Source of the DNA: a virus
Virus record (IMG/VR): IMGVR_UViG_3300037847_007805
Coordinates: 1-64,000 of that record
DNA length: 64,000 nt
Reading direction: 5' to 3' (one strand)
Numbering within the stretch: position 1 is the first letter of the stretch; each line of letters opens with the position of its first letter. The translations under genes were made by a program, and so were the position numbers. The notes beneath the pieces were generated by a model. The model made no database searches. It was not told the origin of the DNA and saw nothing but the letters and a program-made list of their open reading frames with translations. Below, piece by piece: positions 20,801 through 29,410 of this stretch.

Positions 20801-22004
20801 ACCAAATAAATTCGCTAAAGGTGGGGAGATTGATGGATTTACTATGAGCATGGTCAAATCAAGTGGAGATGTTACAAAAGTTGAAACCGAAGATGCTAAA
20901 ATCAAAATGGCTAAAGGTGGTATAGTAAAAAACCAAGATGAAAACCATTTATTGCGAACTGCAATAGGTTATTCAATAAGTAAAGGTAATCTTGATAAAG
21001 AAGATAGAAAAAAATTAACTGAAATATACAATAGGTTAGTTAGTTCAAAATTTCATTATGCTAAAGGTGGTAAAGTTGATGACTTAGGAAACCCAACAGA
21101 CCCAAAAGTCATTTCACAAATGGAAAAATTTATAAAAGAAAAAATGCCTAAATTGGATAAGGATAGATTTTTTACAGATGGAATGAAAAGAAAAGAAGCA
21201 AAAAGAATGTTCTATGAAAAATATGGTTATGGTGCTTATAACCCAAGGTTTTCAATTTTTGAAAAAGGTGGAAGGACAATGTATGATGCACCACCAAGTA
21301 AAATAGGTAAAGTGAAATTTTCTTTAGCAAAGGGTAGAGATTTTGACATAATTGTTCCTGAAGGTAAATTCAGGATTTTACGAATCCCCCCTTTTGATTT
21401 ACCAACAGAAGTTGTCGATATGAATAAAGGAAAAAATTTCCAAAAAACTCCCGTAAATGATAGTAAAATTGCTCAAAAATATCAAAAAGAAATTCAAGAG
21501 TATTTAAATATGGATAGTACAAGATTTGAAAAAGGTGGTAAAATAGGATTTGAAGCATTGTCAAAAAAAGTTGCTAAAAGATATGTTGGCAAAAAAGTTC
21601 CTAAAAAATTCCAAAATCAATATGGTAAAACATATAGTCCTGCCGAAGCAAAAGAAGTTGGAGATAAAGTAGCAGGTGCAGTATACAGAATGCAACAGGC
21701 TAAAAAAATGGCTAAAGGTGGTAAAACACAAGGGTACAATGATAAACTTGATGAAAGTTTAGGAAACACCAAAGGGAAGCGTTCTACTAAAGAGCAAAAC
21801 TATAAAGACCGCAGAAATGAATCCGAAGCAATGGAGAAAAAGGGCGGTAAAAGAAAGTATGCCCGTGTGAAAACAATGGATAAAGGTTCAAGAAAAAAGA
21901 AGCCAAATAGCTTTTTTGCTGTTGTAAAAAGAAAGCAGAAAAAAGGAGAGGCTTGGCAAGATGCTATTCAAAGAGTAAAAAAAGAAATGAAAATGAATAA
22001 ATAA
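17889..22004 (+). CDS. giant modular protein punctuated by [MFYL]xxGG motifs (putative core/cargo polyprotein)
   Basis: about 19 motif copies separating short modules; basic termini; internal duplications. Confidence 0.8.
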   Translation: MSAKAKYESLDRSKLDKGVLKLLDVMKKKTDNFENKEVVKASKVEGALDKLIAKYPDAVKKSKPKAKAKPKAKAKAKAKSTGSPKKETVMTVAKRIRKDGEKWQDALKRAKAEMGKETKKSKSAVESEMDKLKKLIAEDSVLKGFQKSDLQRDSVRKAKPRGKRKSTTKGETTNQYGTFKNKVGRPYWESRENRSDRYAPKYPANKPFLEDGGVIVGGSTVLRNNADIMDLGIANSDAVFKHGGAIHKMRKEKDIDIYEEQMKHGGKTHGSDCGCKTCMEKGGMVEYAILEDYDGNDIEKMKFPKPIIESEVVEPMGYSLADIEEDEDGVLYARFQQDDEFAKGGRMKQGYNDRLDESLGMRDGVEPMMMQSYKDRRDESKGMEKAMGRRAYQSVGTMDKMGHGGMMQGYNDRLDESLGMRDGVEPMMMQSYKDRRDESKGMEKAMGRRAYQSVGTMDKMGMGGYLLAGGTGAYLGAKYPDKVKKVTDPLDKAVEDINRNLRNRYEDGGLVVGGSTVLRDNGDIMPLGTANADAVFQTGGVTAQTVVNPNEAMADLQSTYGFDDVYAKGGKIKIRNGKVVKTDIIHEKESLGLPFRIVYSKFLRANDISESSLSLADSLELETIALNEWEKSNKTYAKGGYIVEWYENDQNNFEYFDSNELNEAKDFYKFIKDEKFYYEKPKVVLTSRSDGEVLMGKKFAKGGKIDVSNYKINYFETESDRDSGESQQFDSFETDYDAFINDARRLYKRDGMEAVEVLNEKGETVVIFDNDTPDGEFYMTKPSKKSSKLEVGEFQVGKRVGFINTPHDERVGEIVGEEQNGKYPVKLKSKIHQGFEDRKGEPKLIKRENLIRLYSRWDEREELEKKFDSEMKRISPKQIDRIKKEYEKYEDMLSPKRDNPEFQEFFVRESQKISMAKGGKIDNMIGKKVKVDFRKEVGKIINIENDDVTVFYPELGFSEVLDAKAVEIVFLPNKFAKGGEIDGFTMSMVKSSGDVTKVETEDAKIKMAKGGIVKNQDENHLLRTAIGYSISKGNLDKEDRKKLTEIYNRLVSSKFHYAKGGKVDDLGNPTDPKVISQMEKFIKEKMPKLDKDRFFTDGMKRKEAKRMFYEKYGYGAYNPRFSIFEKGGRTMYDAPPSKIGKVKFSLAKGRDFDIIVPEGKFRILRIPPFDLPTEVVDMNKGKNFQKTPVNDSKIAQKYQKEIQEYLNMDSTRFEKGGKIGFEALSKKVAKRYVGKKVPKKFQNQYGKTYSPAEAKEVGDKVAGAVYRMQQAKKMAKGGKTQGYNDKLDESLGNTKGKRSTKEQNYKDRRNESEAMEKKGGKRKYARVKTMDKGSRKKKPNSFFAVVKRKQKKGEAWQDAIQRVKKEMKMNK
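18933..19270 (+). repeat. 177-bp tandem duplication encoding QGYNDRLDESLG...GTMDK
   Basis: near-identical DNA copies starting at 18933 and 19110; diverged third copy at ~21729. Confidence 0.9.
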
Positions 22005-22441
22005 TGAGAAAAATTTTACTTGGCGGTGCTTTTATTATTGGCGGTTACTTTATTATTAAGAAATTGATGGCTAAAGATATTGAATTAAAAAAAGCAGAAC
22101 TTGAATATGTACCTTATGAGCATGAGTGGGATTTAGAATCTCGAGAAAAATTATATGAACATTTAAAAGTTGTTCAGAGCAACGCTGAAAACAACACACA
22201 TCATTTATCGAGAATAGATATTGAAAAAGGATTTACTCCTGAAGTAGTTGAAAAATTTAAAGAAACAGATATTTATAAACAGCTAAGTAAGTTTAAACCA
22301 TATCAAATTGATACTACAGCTATTGAAAACTTAGGTAAAAATGAAGGTCAAATTCCAAGTTTTGGGTTTAGTCAAGAACAGCTAAATGCATTACTTGAAA
22401 ATTATAGAGCAGGTACTCCAATCCTTCCAAGTTATGATTAA
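22004..22441 (+). CDS. N-terminally membrane-anchored protein
   Basis: MRKILLGGAFIIGGYFIIKK. Confidence 0.7.
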   Translation: MRKILLGGAFIIGGYFIIKKLMAKDIELKKAELEYVPYEHEWDLESREKLYEHLKVVQSNAENNTHHLSRIDIEKGFTPEVVEKFKETDIYKQLSKFKPYQIDTTAIENLGKNEGQIPSFGFSQEQLNALLENYRAGTPILPSYD

Positions 22442-22967
22442 AAAAAACTACATATTTGGTGGTCTTGCTGTTTTGGGTGGATTAATTTTTATTATAAGTT
22501 TTAGAAAAAAACAAAAGCAAAATCAAATGGTCGAATCGGTTTTACCAAAAACTGATTTTGAGTGTCCCTATAATAAATATACAGACCCTGAATATATAGC
22601 TGAAAAAGAAAAAAGAAGAAAAGAGTATATTAAAAACAACCCTTTAGCAGAATTATTTGGAGAATCATTTGCTGATAAAGAGTTTAAATATAATAGCCCA
22701 TATTTCGACCCTAATTTAGATTGTACTGCTGAAGAAAGATTAAAGTTTAAAAAAAGTTTTGATGATAGCATTAATAGGCTAAAAGAAGTTGCTACTAAAG
22801 GATTAGTAAAACCTTTACATTCACCACAAACATCAATTATGTTAGCAAAAAAATTTGGTAAAGCTGAACTTGGTACAGCCTATGACCCAAATAAAAATTA
22901 TGAAAGAAGCTGTGGAACAGAACAATGTTGGGTTTGGGACGGTAAAAAATGGATAAAAGAAAATTAG
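22434..22967 (+). CDS. N-terminally membrane-anchored protein
   Basis: MIKKNYIFGGLAVLGGLIFIISFRKK; start moved to ATG 22434. Confidence 0.7.
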   Translation: MIKKNYIFGGLAVLGGLIFIISFRKKQKQNQMVESVLPKTDFECPYNKYTDPEYIAEKEKRRKEYIKNNPLAELFGESFADKEFKYNSPYFDPNLDCTAEERLKFKKSFDDSINRLKEVATKGLVKPLHSPQTSIMLAKKFGKAELGTAYDPNKNYERSCGTEQCWVWDGKKWIKEN

Positions 22968-22971
22968 AATT

Positions 22972-23694
22972 ATGAAAAAAGAAACACTTTATTATTTAGG
23001 GGGTTTGATTGTAACCCTTGGTGGGATTTTCATTTTTACTTCACTAAAGAAAAAAGACGATTCTATTGATGGTGTTACCACAAAAGATAATTTTTGGAAA
23101 AAAGTTTTATACGGAGTAATTTCTGTAGAAAACGGATTTAACACACCGTGTGATAATATATGGAGTAGAGGCTGTACAGGAAAAAGATATACTGATGTTT
23201 TGCATTTAGATAGTGGAACTATAGGCATTGCACATTTTGCTTCAGGTGGACTTAAAAAGGTTTATCAGGCTATGGACACAGAAAAGTATTTTGGTCGTTC
23301 TGAAAAAGAAATGATTGATAATTACGCATCAAGAACAAGTGGTGCATCTGATAATCAATGGTGGATAGATGGATTTAAAAGATGGGTCAATAATCCAAAA
23401 CATAATAAAATTCAAGATAGATTATTTAAAGATTCAAGACAAGAAGCAGTAAATGATGCAAAGAAAAATGGTTGGACAACTGATAGAGAATTTGCTATAG
23501 CTGTAGGGGTTAGTAACTCTTATGGAAATTCAGGATTTAGAAATCATGCCGAAAAATATAATTGGAATGCAGAAGATATTTTAGATGCTTATGTTTACAA
23601 ATTTAGTAATGATTTTAGTAATCACAAGAATAAAAGAAAAAAGCAAATCAATAAATGGTTTCCTAAAAATAAACAAGTTAAAATAAACTTATAA
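22972..23694 (+). CDS. membrane-anchored putative lysozyme-fold muralytic enzyme
   Basis: N-terminal TM; ISVENG...DSGTIGIAHF...NSYG resembles lysozyme-superfamily motifs. Confidence 0.45.
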   Translation: MKKETLYYLGGLIVTLGGIFIFTSLKKKDDSIDGVTTKDNFWKKVLYGVISVENGFNTPCDNIWSRGCTGKRYTDVLHLDSGTIGIAHFASGGLKKVYQAMDTEKYFGRSEKEMIDNYASRTSGASDNQWWIDGFKRWVNNPKHNKIQDRLFKDSRQEAVNDAKKNGWTTDREFAIAVGVSNSYGNSGFRNHAEKYNWNAEDILDAYVYKFSNDFSNHKNKRKKQINKWFPKNKQVKINL

Positions 23695-23972
23695 TGAAAA
23701 AAATTTTAATTGGGGGTTCTGTTATTACATTAGGTTTTTTATTTTATAAATTTTTTACTAAAAAAAATAAAGATATTGATTTAGAAAAAGTGGAAATTAA
23801 AACAGCCGAACTTTCAGAACAAGAAAAAAAGAGTTTAAAGAAAAAGGAAGATTTATATAGAATGTATGTTAAAGATGATTCAGCAGGATTCAGACCTAAC
23901 CAAGGTGAAATTTCTATGGATATGTTAAATAATTATATGTATCATTTGAATCAAAAAAATAAAAAAAGATAA
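23694..23972 (+). CDS. N-terminally membrane-anchored protein
   Basis: MKKILIGGSVITLGFLFYKFFTKK, similar to the 22004 N-terminus. Confidence 0.7.
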   Translation: MKKILIGGSVITLGFLFYKFFTKKNKDIDLEKVEIKTAELSEQEKKSLKKKEDLYRMYVKDDSAGFRPNQGEISMDMLNNYMYHLNQKNKKR

Positions 23973-24007
23973 TTTTAAAAAAAATTATTATTAAATAAAA
24001 TAATATA

Positions 24008-24015
24008 TATATTTG
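24008..24015 (+). promoter_or_regulatory. Bacteroidota -7 promoter element TATATTTG
   Basis: intergenic, upstream of 24049. Confidence 0.6.
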
Positions 24016-24048
24016 TAATTCACTTATAATTTTTATACTTTTTACTTT

Positions 24049-24561
24049 ATGGACACAATTTTAACATTAGAGGGAGAGATTGGTAGAGAAAATCTTTCCA
24101 CTCAAGGGAAAAAAAGAATTACTACTTATCACAATTTAAAAAAACAAGTAGCTAATTTAGAAAAAGCATATCAAGGGGCTGATGAAAAAGAAAAAGAAAA
24201 CTATGGCTCTGAATTAGATAGTGCTACTGATTATCTAAATAATTTTAGAAAAGCAACTATTGATTTTCTACAAGATGAATTAGATGATTTAAAAGCAAAG
24301 CAAAAAGCCAAAGAAGAAAAACTTAGGCTGAAAAAAGAAAGGGAAGAAAAGGCAAAAGCTGATGCGGAAGCAAAAGCGAAAGAGGAAAAGGAAAAGCAAA
24401 AAGCTGAATCAAATGATAACCCTACTGATATTGACAATCTTGCAAAGCCACCTAAAGAAGATGACGATTCTGACAAAAGTTCAGGAATAACAAGCATTTT
24501 ATTTGGTGGGTTGGTTTTAGTAGCTACACTTGGTGCAGTTAATTATTTTAGAAATAGATAA
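24049..24561 (+). CDS. coiled-coil protein with C-terminal membrane anchor
   Basis: KE-rich helix; ILFGGLVLVATLGAV. Confidence 0.7.
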   Translation: MDTILTLEGEIGRENLSTQGKKRITTYHNLKKQVANLEKAYQGADEKEKENYGSELDSATDYLNNFRKATIDFLQDELDDLKAKQKAKEEKLRLKKEREEKAKADAEAKAKEEKEKQKAESNDNPTDIDNLAKPPKEDDDSDKSSGITSILFGGLVLVATLGAVNYFRNR

Positions 24562-24564
24562 TAG

Positions 24565-24984
24565 ATGAAAAGAAGCGGTAGAAAGAGTAAGGCTCAAACT
24601 CCTGCACCCCGTAAAGACAGAATAAAAGGTTCAAAAACCAATGTCAAAGGTAGTGCTAAAAGTCGAACCTCTGCTCGTTCTATCAAATTTTCTGATTCAA
24701 CTTTAAACTCTATAAAATCAAAACTAAAAGAATACAATGCTAAAAATCCAAATAAAAAAATTTCCCTACCAACTGCAAAAGCTGTTGTTAGAAGGGGAAT
24801 GGGTGCATATTCTACATCTTACAGACCCACGATAAGGGGTGGTAAACCAAATAGTAGGAATGCATGGGGTCTTTCAAGGTTGTATGCTTTTATGAGAAAA
24901 AAAAGTCGTTCTGAATCCGCAAAAGGAGTTGTTCCAAAAAGAGCAATTAAAAAATCTTATGTTCAAGATAATGATTTATTATAA
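24565..24984 (+). CDS. basic protein, DUF5824-like
   Basis: KAVVRRGMGAYSTSYRP...AWGLSRLYAF...DNDL. Confidence 0.6.
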   Translation: MKRSGRKSKAQTPAPRKDRIKGSKTNVKGSAKSRTSARSIKFSDSTLNSIKSKLKEYNAKNPNKKISLPTAKAVVRRGMGAYSTSYRPTIRGGKPNSRNAWGLSRLYAFMRKKSRSESAKGVVPKRAIKKSYVQDNDLL

Positions 24985-25277
24985 TGGGTTACAGAATTAC
25001 AGATTATACAAAACAACAAGCTAAAAAACTTGGTGTTGAAGTAAAGCCTTCTAAAACGAAAGGTAAAAAAATAGATGTCTTTAAAAAAGGCAAAAAAGTT
25101 GCTTCTGTAGGTGCTATAGGATATAAAGATTTTCCTACTTACTCAAAACTTGAAAAAAAAGGTATATATGAAAAAGGGTATGCTAATAAAAGAAGGAAAC
25201 TTTACAAAATAAGACACAAAAAAGACAGGAATGTTAAAGGTAGTGCAGGTTACTACGCAGATAAATTATTATGGTAA
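24984..25277 (+). CDS. basic protein, Tlr6F/DUF5754-like
   Basis: ITDYTKQQAKKLGV...GAIGYKDFPTY...RRKLYKIRH...SAGYYADKLLW. Confidence 0.7.
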   Translation: MGYRITDYTKQQAKKLGVEVKPSKTKGKKIDVFKKGKKVASVGAIGYKDFPTYSKLEKKGIYEKGYANKRRKLYKIRHKKDRNVKGSAGYYADKLLW

Positions 25278-25642
25278 ATCTATCAAATACAGTTCCACCA
25301 CTAATTCACAAGTGGTCAAAAGCTATCAGCTTGATGAATCCAAAATTAATGGCGGATTTTTATTGTGAAAACGCTGTCTTAGTAGGCACTTACAGTCAGC
25401 CTTATGAAATCGGCAAAAAACAAATTTTAAAATACTTTGAAGATTTTTTGAATAATGATAGTATGACTTGTGTTATTAACGAGCAAACTTGTCAAAAAAT
25501 AGGAAATTTATGTGTTTCAAGTGGAGTTTACACTTTTACAATAAATGGAGAAAGTATTGAAGCGAGATTTAGTTTTGTTTGTATTCCAAGAAACGGTCAA
25601 ATGAAAATTTTAAACCATCATTCGTCTGTTTATGAAAGATAG
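25271..25642 (+). CDS. NTF2/SnoaL-fold protein, COG4875 (iota-carbonic anhydrase-like)
   Basis: FYCENAVLVGT...YFEDFL...SGVYTF...ARFSFV...KILNHHSS. Confidence 0.7.
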   Translation: MVNLSNTVPPLIHKWSKAISLMNPKLMADFYCENAVLVGTYSQPYEIGKKQILKYFEDFLNNDSMTCVINEQTCQKIGNLCVSSGVYTFTINGESIEARFSFVCIPRNGQMKILNHHSSVYER

Positions 25643-25841
25643 TCAGATAGTAGCGTTATCAACTTTCGTATTATTTACGGGAGAAGCATACGGTCATTAT
25701 TTAATTGCAAAAAATGAGGGCAAAGAAAAGTTTACTTTTTATTTCCCTGAATTTGATACAACAGTAAAAAATTTAATGTTAGTTGGTGCTTTTTCTTTGG
25801 CTAATGGATTTATAGTATCACAAGTAAAAAAACTTTTATAA
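25632..25841 (+). CDS. small membrane protein
   Basis: two hydrophobic segments. Confidence 0.6.
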   Translation: MKDSQIVALSTFVLFTGEAYGHYLIAKNEGKEKFTFYFPEFDTTVKNLMLVGAFSLANGFIVSQVKKLL

Positions 25842-25984
25842 TGGTATATAGAGAATCAGGAGAAGAATCAAAAAAAGAAAAAATACATAAAAACCTTTTG
25901 CTTGTTTTTACAGCAGTAGGTATAATTAGTTTTAGTTTAGGTGCGTTAGTAAATTACCATACATTAAAAAAAATCAATAAATAA
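25841..25984 (+). CDS. small membrane protein (47 aa, not in ORF track)
   Basis: TAATG coupling on both sides; LLLVFTAVGIISFSLGALV. Confidence 0.65.
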   Translation: MVYRESGEESKKEKIHKNLLLVFTAVGIISFSLGALVNYHTLKKINK

Positions 25985-26373
25985 TGATTTCAATTTCAGG
26001 TAATATACAAAACACTTTGGGTGAGCCATTAATGGGGGCAAATGTTTATGCAGATACCTTAAGTGGTAAACAAGGGGGAATATCCGATTTTGATGGAGAT
26101 TTTAAAATAAATTTTGACCAAGAATTATCATCTCCTATAACAATTTCTTATATGGGCTATAAGAGTGAAACCTTCAGCCCTGAACAATTACAAAATTCAC
26201 AGGTAACCCTTGAAGAAAACATTGAAGAATTAGATGCGGTATTTATTAGTAACAAAAAACCTAAAAGCAAAAAAAAGTTAGAAAAAAACAAACTTATAGG
26301 AATTATTAGCATAGGTGCAGGTCTTTTAGCCTTGGGAATAATCCTTGTAAATATAAATAGAAATGGAAAATAA
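25984..26373 (+). CDS. CarboxypepD_reg-like domain protein with C-terminal TM
   Basis: ISGNI...GEPLMGANV...SDFDGDF...ISYMGY...LEE...LDAV. Confidence 0.8.
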   Translation: MISISGNIQNTLGEPLMGANVYADTLSGKQGGISDFDGDFKINFDQELSSPITISYMGYKSETFSPEQLQNSQVTLEENIEELDAVFISNKKPKSKKKLEKNKLIGIISIGAGLLALGIILVNINRNGK

Positions 26374-26695
26374 ACCTACAAATCAAACAGCAGAAACTAC
26401 AGGGGCTGAAGCAGTAGCCTCTCAAGATACAGCAGGGGCAGTAGATAGTACAAGCCCTTCGCCATCTAATTTTGAAGAAGGTGGTGAATTAAAAGCAGGT
26501 GGGGAATACTCACTTGTATATTATTTGACATTTGCATTATTACTTTCTGCATCAGCTTATAGTATTTATTATCATAGACAGGCATTAAACAAATTAATGG
26601 ACGATGATAATGATGAACTAAAAAGAGAAGTGCGTGAAGTAAAATCTAATCTTAAAAAATTAATGGGCAACAAGTATGAAATTATCACTAAATAA
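26363..26695 (+). CDS. membrane protein
   Basis: FEEGG motif followed by TM helix and coiled coil. Confidence 0.65.
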   Translation: MENKPTNQTAETTGAEAVASQDTAGAVDSTSPSPSNFEEGGELKAGGEYSLVYYLTFALLLSASAYSIYYHRQALNKLMDDDNDELKREVREVKSNLKKLMGNKYEIITK

Positions 26696-27326
26696 TATAA
26701 CATACGGAAATCCTAATTCATCTCACAAGAAGGCTTTATCAAAAACCTGTCTTGTGGATTCTTTATTTGAGGAACTAACAAAATTTCCATTTCCTGAAAA
26801 TGAAAGCGATACTACAAAACAAGAACTAAATGAACTTGTAGATTACTTAGAAGATATGGACATTGTAGATAATGAAAAAATTAGAAAAAGATACATTTTC
26901 TACGATAGAAACCTATTTCAAGCAATCATAAATACTTTCAGAACTGATAAAGTAGATATAAAACAACTTATAAACGATATTGATAATGACATAACAGGTT
27001 TAATAGTAAAATTAAAATACTTTTACCAAAGACCAAGACCTTATCAACTTGCCAATTATTACAAACTAAAACTTTTTCCAATAAATACAAAATCGGGACA
27101 TTCACCGTCTTATCCAAGCGGACACACTACACAGGCTTATGTAATTTTAACAATTTTAGGAAATCTTGTGCCTGAATACTATCAAAAAACAAAAAAAATG
27201 ATAGAAGATGTTGCGTATAGCAGATGCTATATGGGTGTCCATTATCAAACTGATAATGATTTTGCGTTTCTTGTAGCACAAAAGATTTTAAAACAACCTG
27301 AATTTGTTGAAAAATATGGAATTTGA
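26676..27326 (+). CDS. PAP2-superfamily phosphatase/haloperoxidase-like protein
   Basis: KYFYQRPRP, SYPSGH, SRCYMGVHYQTD (C1-C3 motifs). Confidence 0.85.
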   Translation: MKLSLNNITYGNPNSSHKKALSKTCLVDSLFEELTKFPFPENESDTTKQELNELVDYLEDMDIVDNEKIRKRYIFYDRNLFQAIINTFRTDKVDIKQLINDIDNDITGLIVKLKYFYQRPRPYQLANYYKLKLFPINTKSGHSPSYPSGHTTQAYVILTILGNLVPEYYQKTKKMIEDVAYSRCYMGVHYQTDNDFAFLVAQKILKQPEFVEKYGI

Positions 27327-27723
27327 AAACATTACTTTTCCTGTTTGTCCTTTTCCAAAACCGAGAATGACACAAAGAGATAGGTGGAAAAAAAGACCTG
27401 TTGTAGTCAAATATCATATTTACAAAGATAGCATGAAGCACTATGCAAATGAATTTAATTATTGTGTAGATGAGGATTTATCTTTGACATTTATAATGCC
27501 CTTTCCTAAATCTTACTCAAAAAAGAAAAAAAATGAATTAAGAGGAAAACCACATAGGTTAAGACCTGATTTAGACAATCTACTAAAAGCATTCAAAGAT
27601 GCTCTTTGTCAAGAAGATTCATATATACACACTTATAGTAGTATTCAAAAAATATGGGGAGATGATGGAAAAATCATAGTAAAGAAACTTAAACTTGAAG
27701 AAAATGACACTACTCCCGAATAG
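27316..27723 (+). CDS. rusA: RusA-like Holliday junction resolvase
   Basis: KPRMTQRDRW, RPDLDNLLKAFKDAL, KIWG. Confidence 0.85.
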   Translation: MEFENITFPVCPFPKPRMTQRDRWKKRPVVVKYHIYKDSMKHYANEFNYCVDEDLSLTFIMPFPKSYSKKKKNELRGKPHRLRPDLDNLLKAFKDALCQEDSYIHTYSSIQKIWGDDGKIIVKKLKLEENDTTPE

Positions 27724-28300
27724 CAATAAATCAAAACACGAAGATTTATTTATTGAATTTTCATATTTCACAAGAGATTATGGAACAAATGCTTTATTGC
27801 ATAATTTAAAAATTCTAAACGATTCTTCAGGCTACCTTGAAAACCAATCCTCACAAGAAGAAATTTTGACACATGAATTGGGTCTTGCTTTTTCAGAATA
27901 TGGCATAAATTTTATTTCACTTTTTTTTCAAACAAATCGAACTAAAATGCTTAATTTTGAATACAGCGAAAACTCGGCATTAAATGACAAGGTTTTTGAA
28001 ATTATTTGTAGGGTTTTTAAAACTACCAAGGATTCAATCTTAGACAAGTTTGATAGAGATGGAGTAAGAGTTTATGCAAGTGGTTCGCTATTTAAATTGT
28101 TATTAGATACTTGTGGATATAGTGTAAAAGAGGTAATGTTGCTCACAGGAAAGCCAAGAAGCATAATTAGTAGACACAAAAACATAATCAGCAATTTAGA
28201 CCATAAACACATATTTGATAAAAAGATTATCAAAAAATTTATAGAATCTAAAAAACAATTAATTAAATATATTTTAAATGAGTACAAGCAAGAAAACTAA
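27704..28300 (+). CDS. hypothetical protein with C-terminal HTH-like region
   Basis: GYSVKEVMLLTGKPRSIISRH. Confidence 0.5.
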   Translation: MTLLPNSNKSKHEDLFIEFSYFTRDYGTNALLHNLKILNDSSGYLENQSSQEEILTHELGLAFSEYGINFISLFFQTNRTKMLNFEYSENSALNDKVFEIICRVFKTTKDSILDKFDRDGVRVYASGSLFKLLLDTCGYSVKEVMLLTGKPRSIISRHKNIISNLDHKHIFDKKIIKKFIESKKQLIKYILNEYKQEN

Positions 28301-29252
28301 TGACGAAGCAGAAGAAGTAGAGTTTGAAGAAGTCGGCTCTTTTGATGCTAACCCTGATTTTTCTCCTTTTGACGAACCTGTTAAAGAAAGAGATTATACT
28401 AAGCCAAACATAGATGCTTCACAAATTGAAGGTGAATTAGAAGAACCTACATTTGAAGCACCAAGTTTTTCTGATTTTGAAGAAGAAGAAGAACCCAAAC
28501 CATTTAATCCAAGTTACAATGAATTAGGTAATAAGGAAAAACAAATGGGTGCGGAAATGATTGCAGACGTTGTAGTAGACGGATATGCTCGTTTGAAAAA
28601 AGGTATGGGTAGCCTTTCCACTATTTCAGAAAATAAATTAGAAAGAGAATTTGCTGAAGGAAATATCAACCCTAATTTACAATTACCTATAGATGAATAT
28701 GGAAATACTGCATCTATTAGAGAATTTGTAAAAGAGTTTAATGAAACAAGTAAAGAAGCGTTTGATACTCCTCAAGATTTTAAAGAAAAAGTAAAGCCAC
28801 CTCTTATTAGAGTATTCAAAAAAAGAGGTGTAGGAATGACTGATGAACAGTTATTACTTTACTATTTTGGAACTGACTTTGCTACAGCAGGTATTACCGC
28901 ATTTGGTCTTAAAAAATCAGCAGATGGGATTTTGAAACAATTAAGAGAACAAACTGATTTAATGCGTTCTCCCGCAAGTCCACCACCCCCACCTTCTAAT
29001 CAATCATCAACAGATGTTTCGGAAAGTGAAAGTGAGTTTGAAGAACCTGAAGAAGTTTTTGAGGTACAGCCCGATATAGTAGCACCAAAGAAACAGTCGA
29101 ACTCAAACTTTAGTTCAGAGCAAGAAGTTCCTGAAAATATGCCTTCTTTTGGCGACCCTGCTATTTTGAAGGAGATTGATAAGATTGCTTCACAAGAGAA
29201 CTTAGATTCAAAACCCAAACGAAAAAGGGGTAGACCTAAAAAGAAAAAATAG
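28278..29252 (+). CDS. acidic protein upstream of the packaging ATPase
   Basis: E/P-rich termini, hydrophobic central helix, C-terminal KRKRGRPKKKK. Confidence 0.7.
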   Translation: MSTSKKTNDEAEEVEFEEVGSFDANPDFSPFDEPVKERDYTKPNIDASQIEGELEEPTFEAPSFSDFEEEEEPKPFNPSYNELGNKEKQMGAEMIADVVVDGYARLKKGMGSLSTISENKLEREFAEGNINPNLQLPIDEYGNTASIREFVKEFNETSKEAFDTPQDFKEKVKPPLIRVFKKRGVGMTDEQLLLYYFGTDFATAGITAFGLKKSADGILKQLREQTDLMRSPASPPPPPSNQSSTDVSESESEFEEPEEVFEVQPDIVAPKKQSNSNFSSEQEVPENMPSFGDPAILKEIDKIASQENLDSKPKRKRGRPKKKK

Positions 29253-29257
29253 GCATT

Positions 29258-29410
29258 ATGTTTACCAAGGAAACAAATACATTAACTAACCTGTTTTTAC
29301 GGGGAATTAGTTTAACAACTCCGTGTGTTACTTATACATACATAACTTTAGATAATCAAACATTTGTTTGTATAGATGAAAAATACACGATAAAATATCA
29401 TACAATATGA
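29258..29410 (+). CDS. small hypothetical protein (50 aa, not in ORF track)
   Basis: ATGA overlap with the ATPase start. Confidence 0.4.
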   Translation: MFTKETNTLTNLFLRGISLTTPCVTYTYITLDNQTFVCIDEKYTIKYHTI

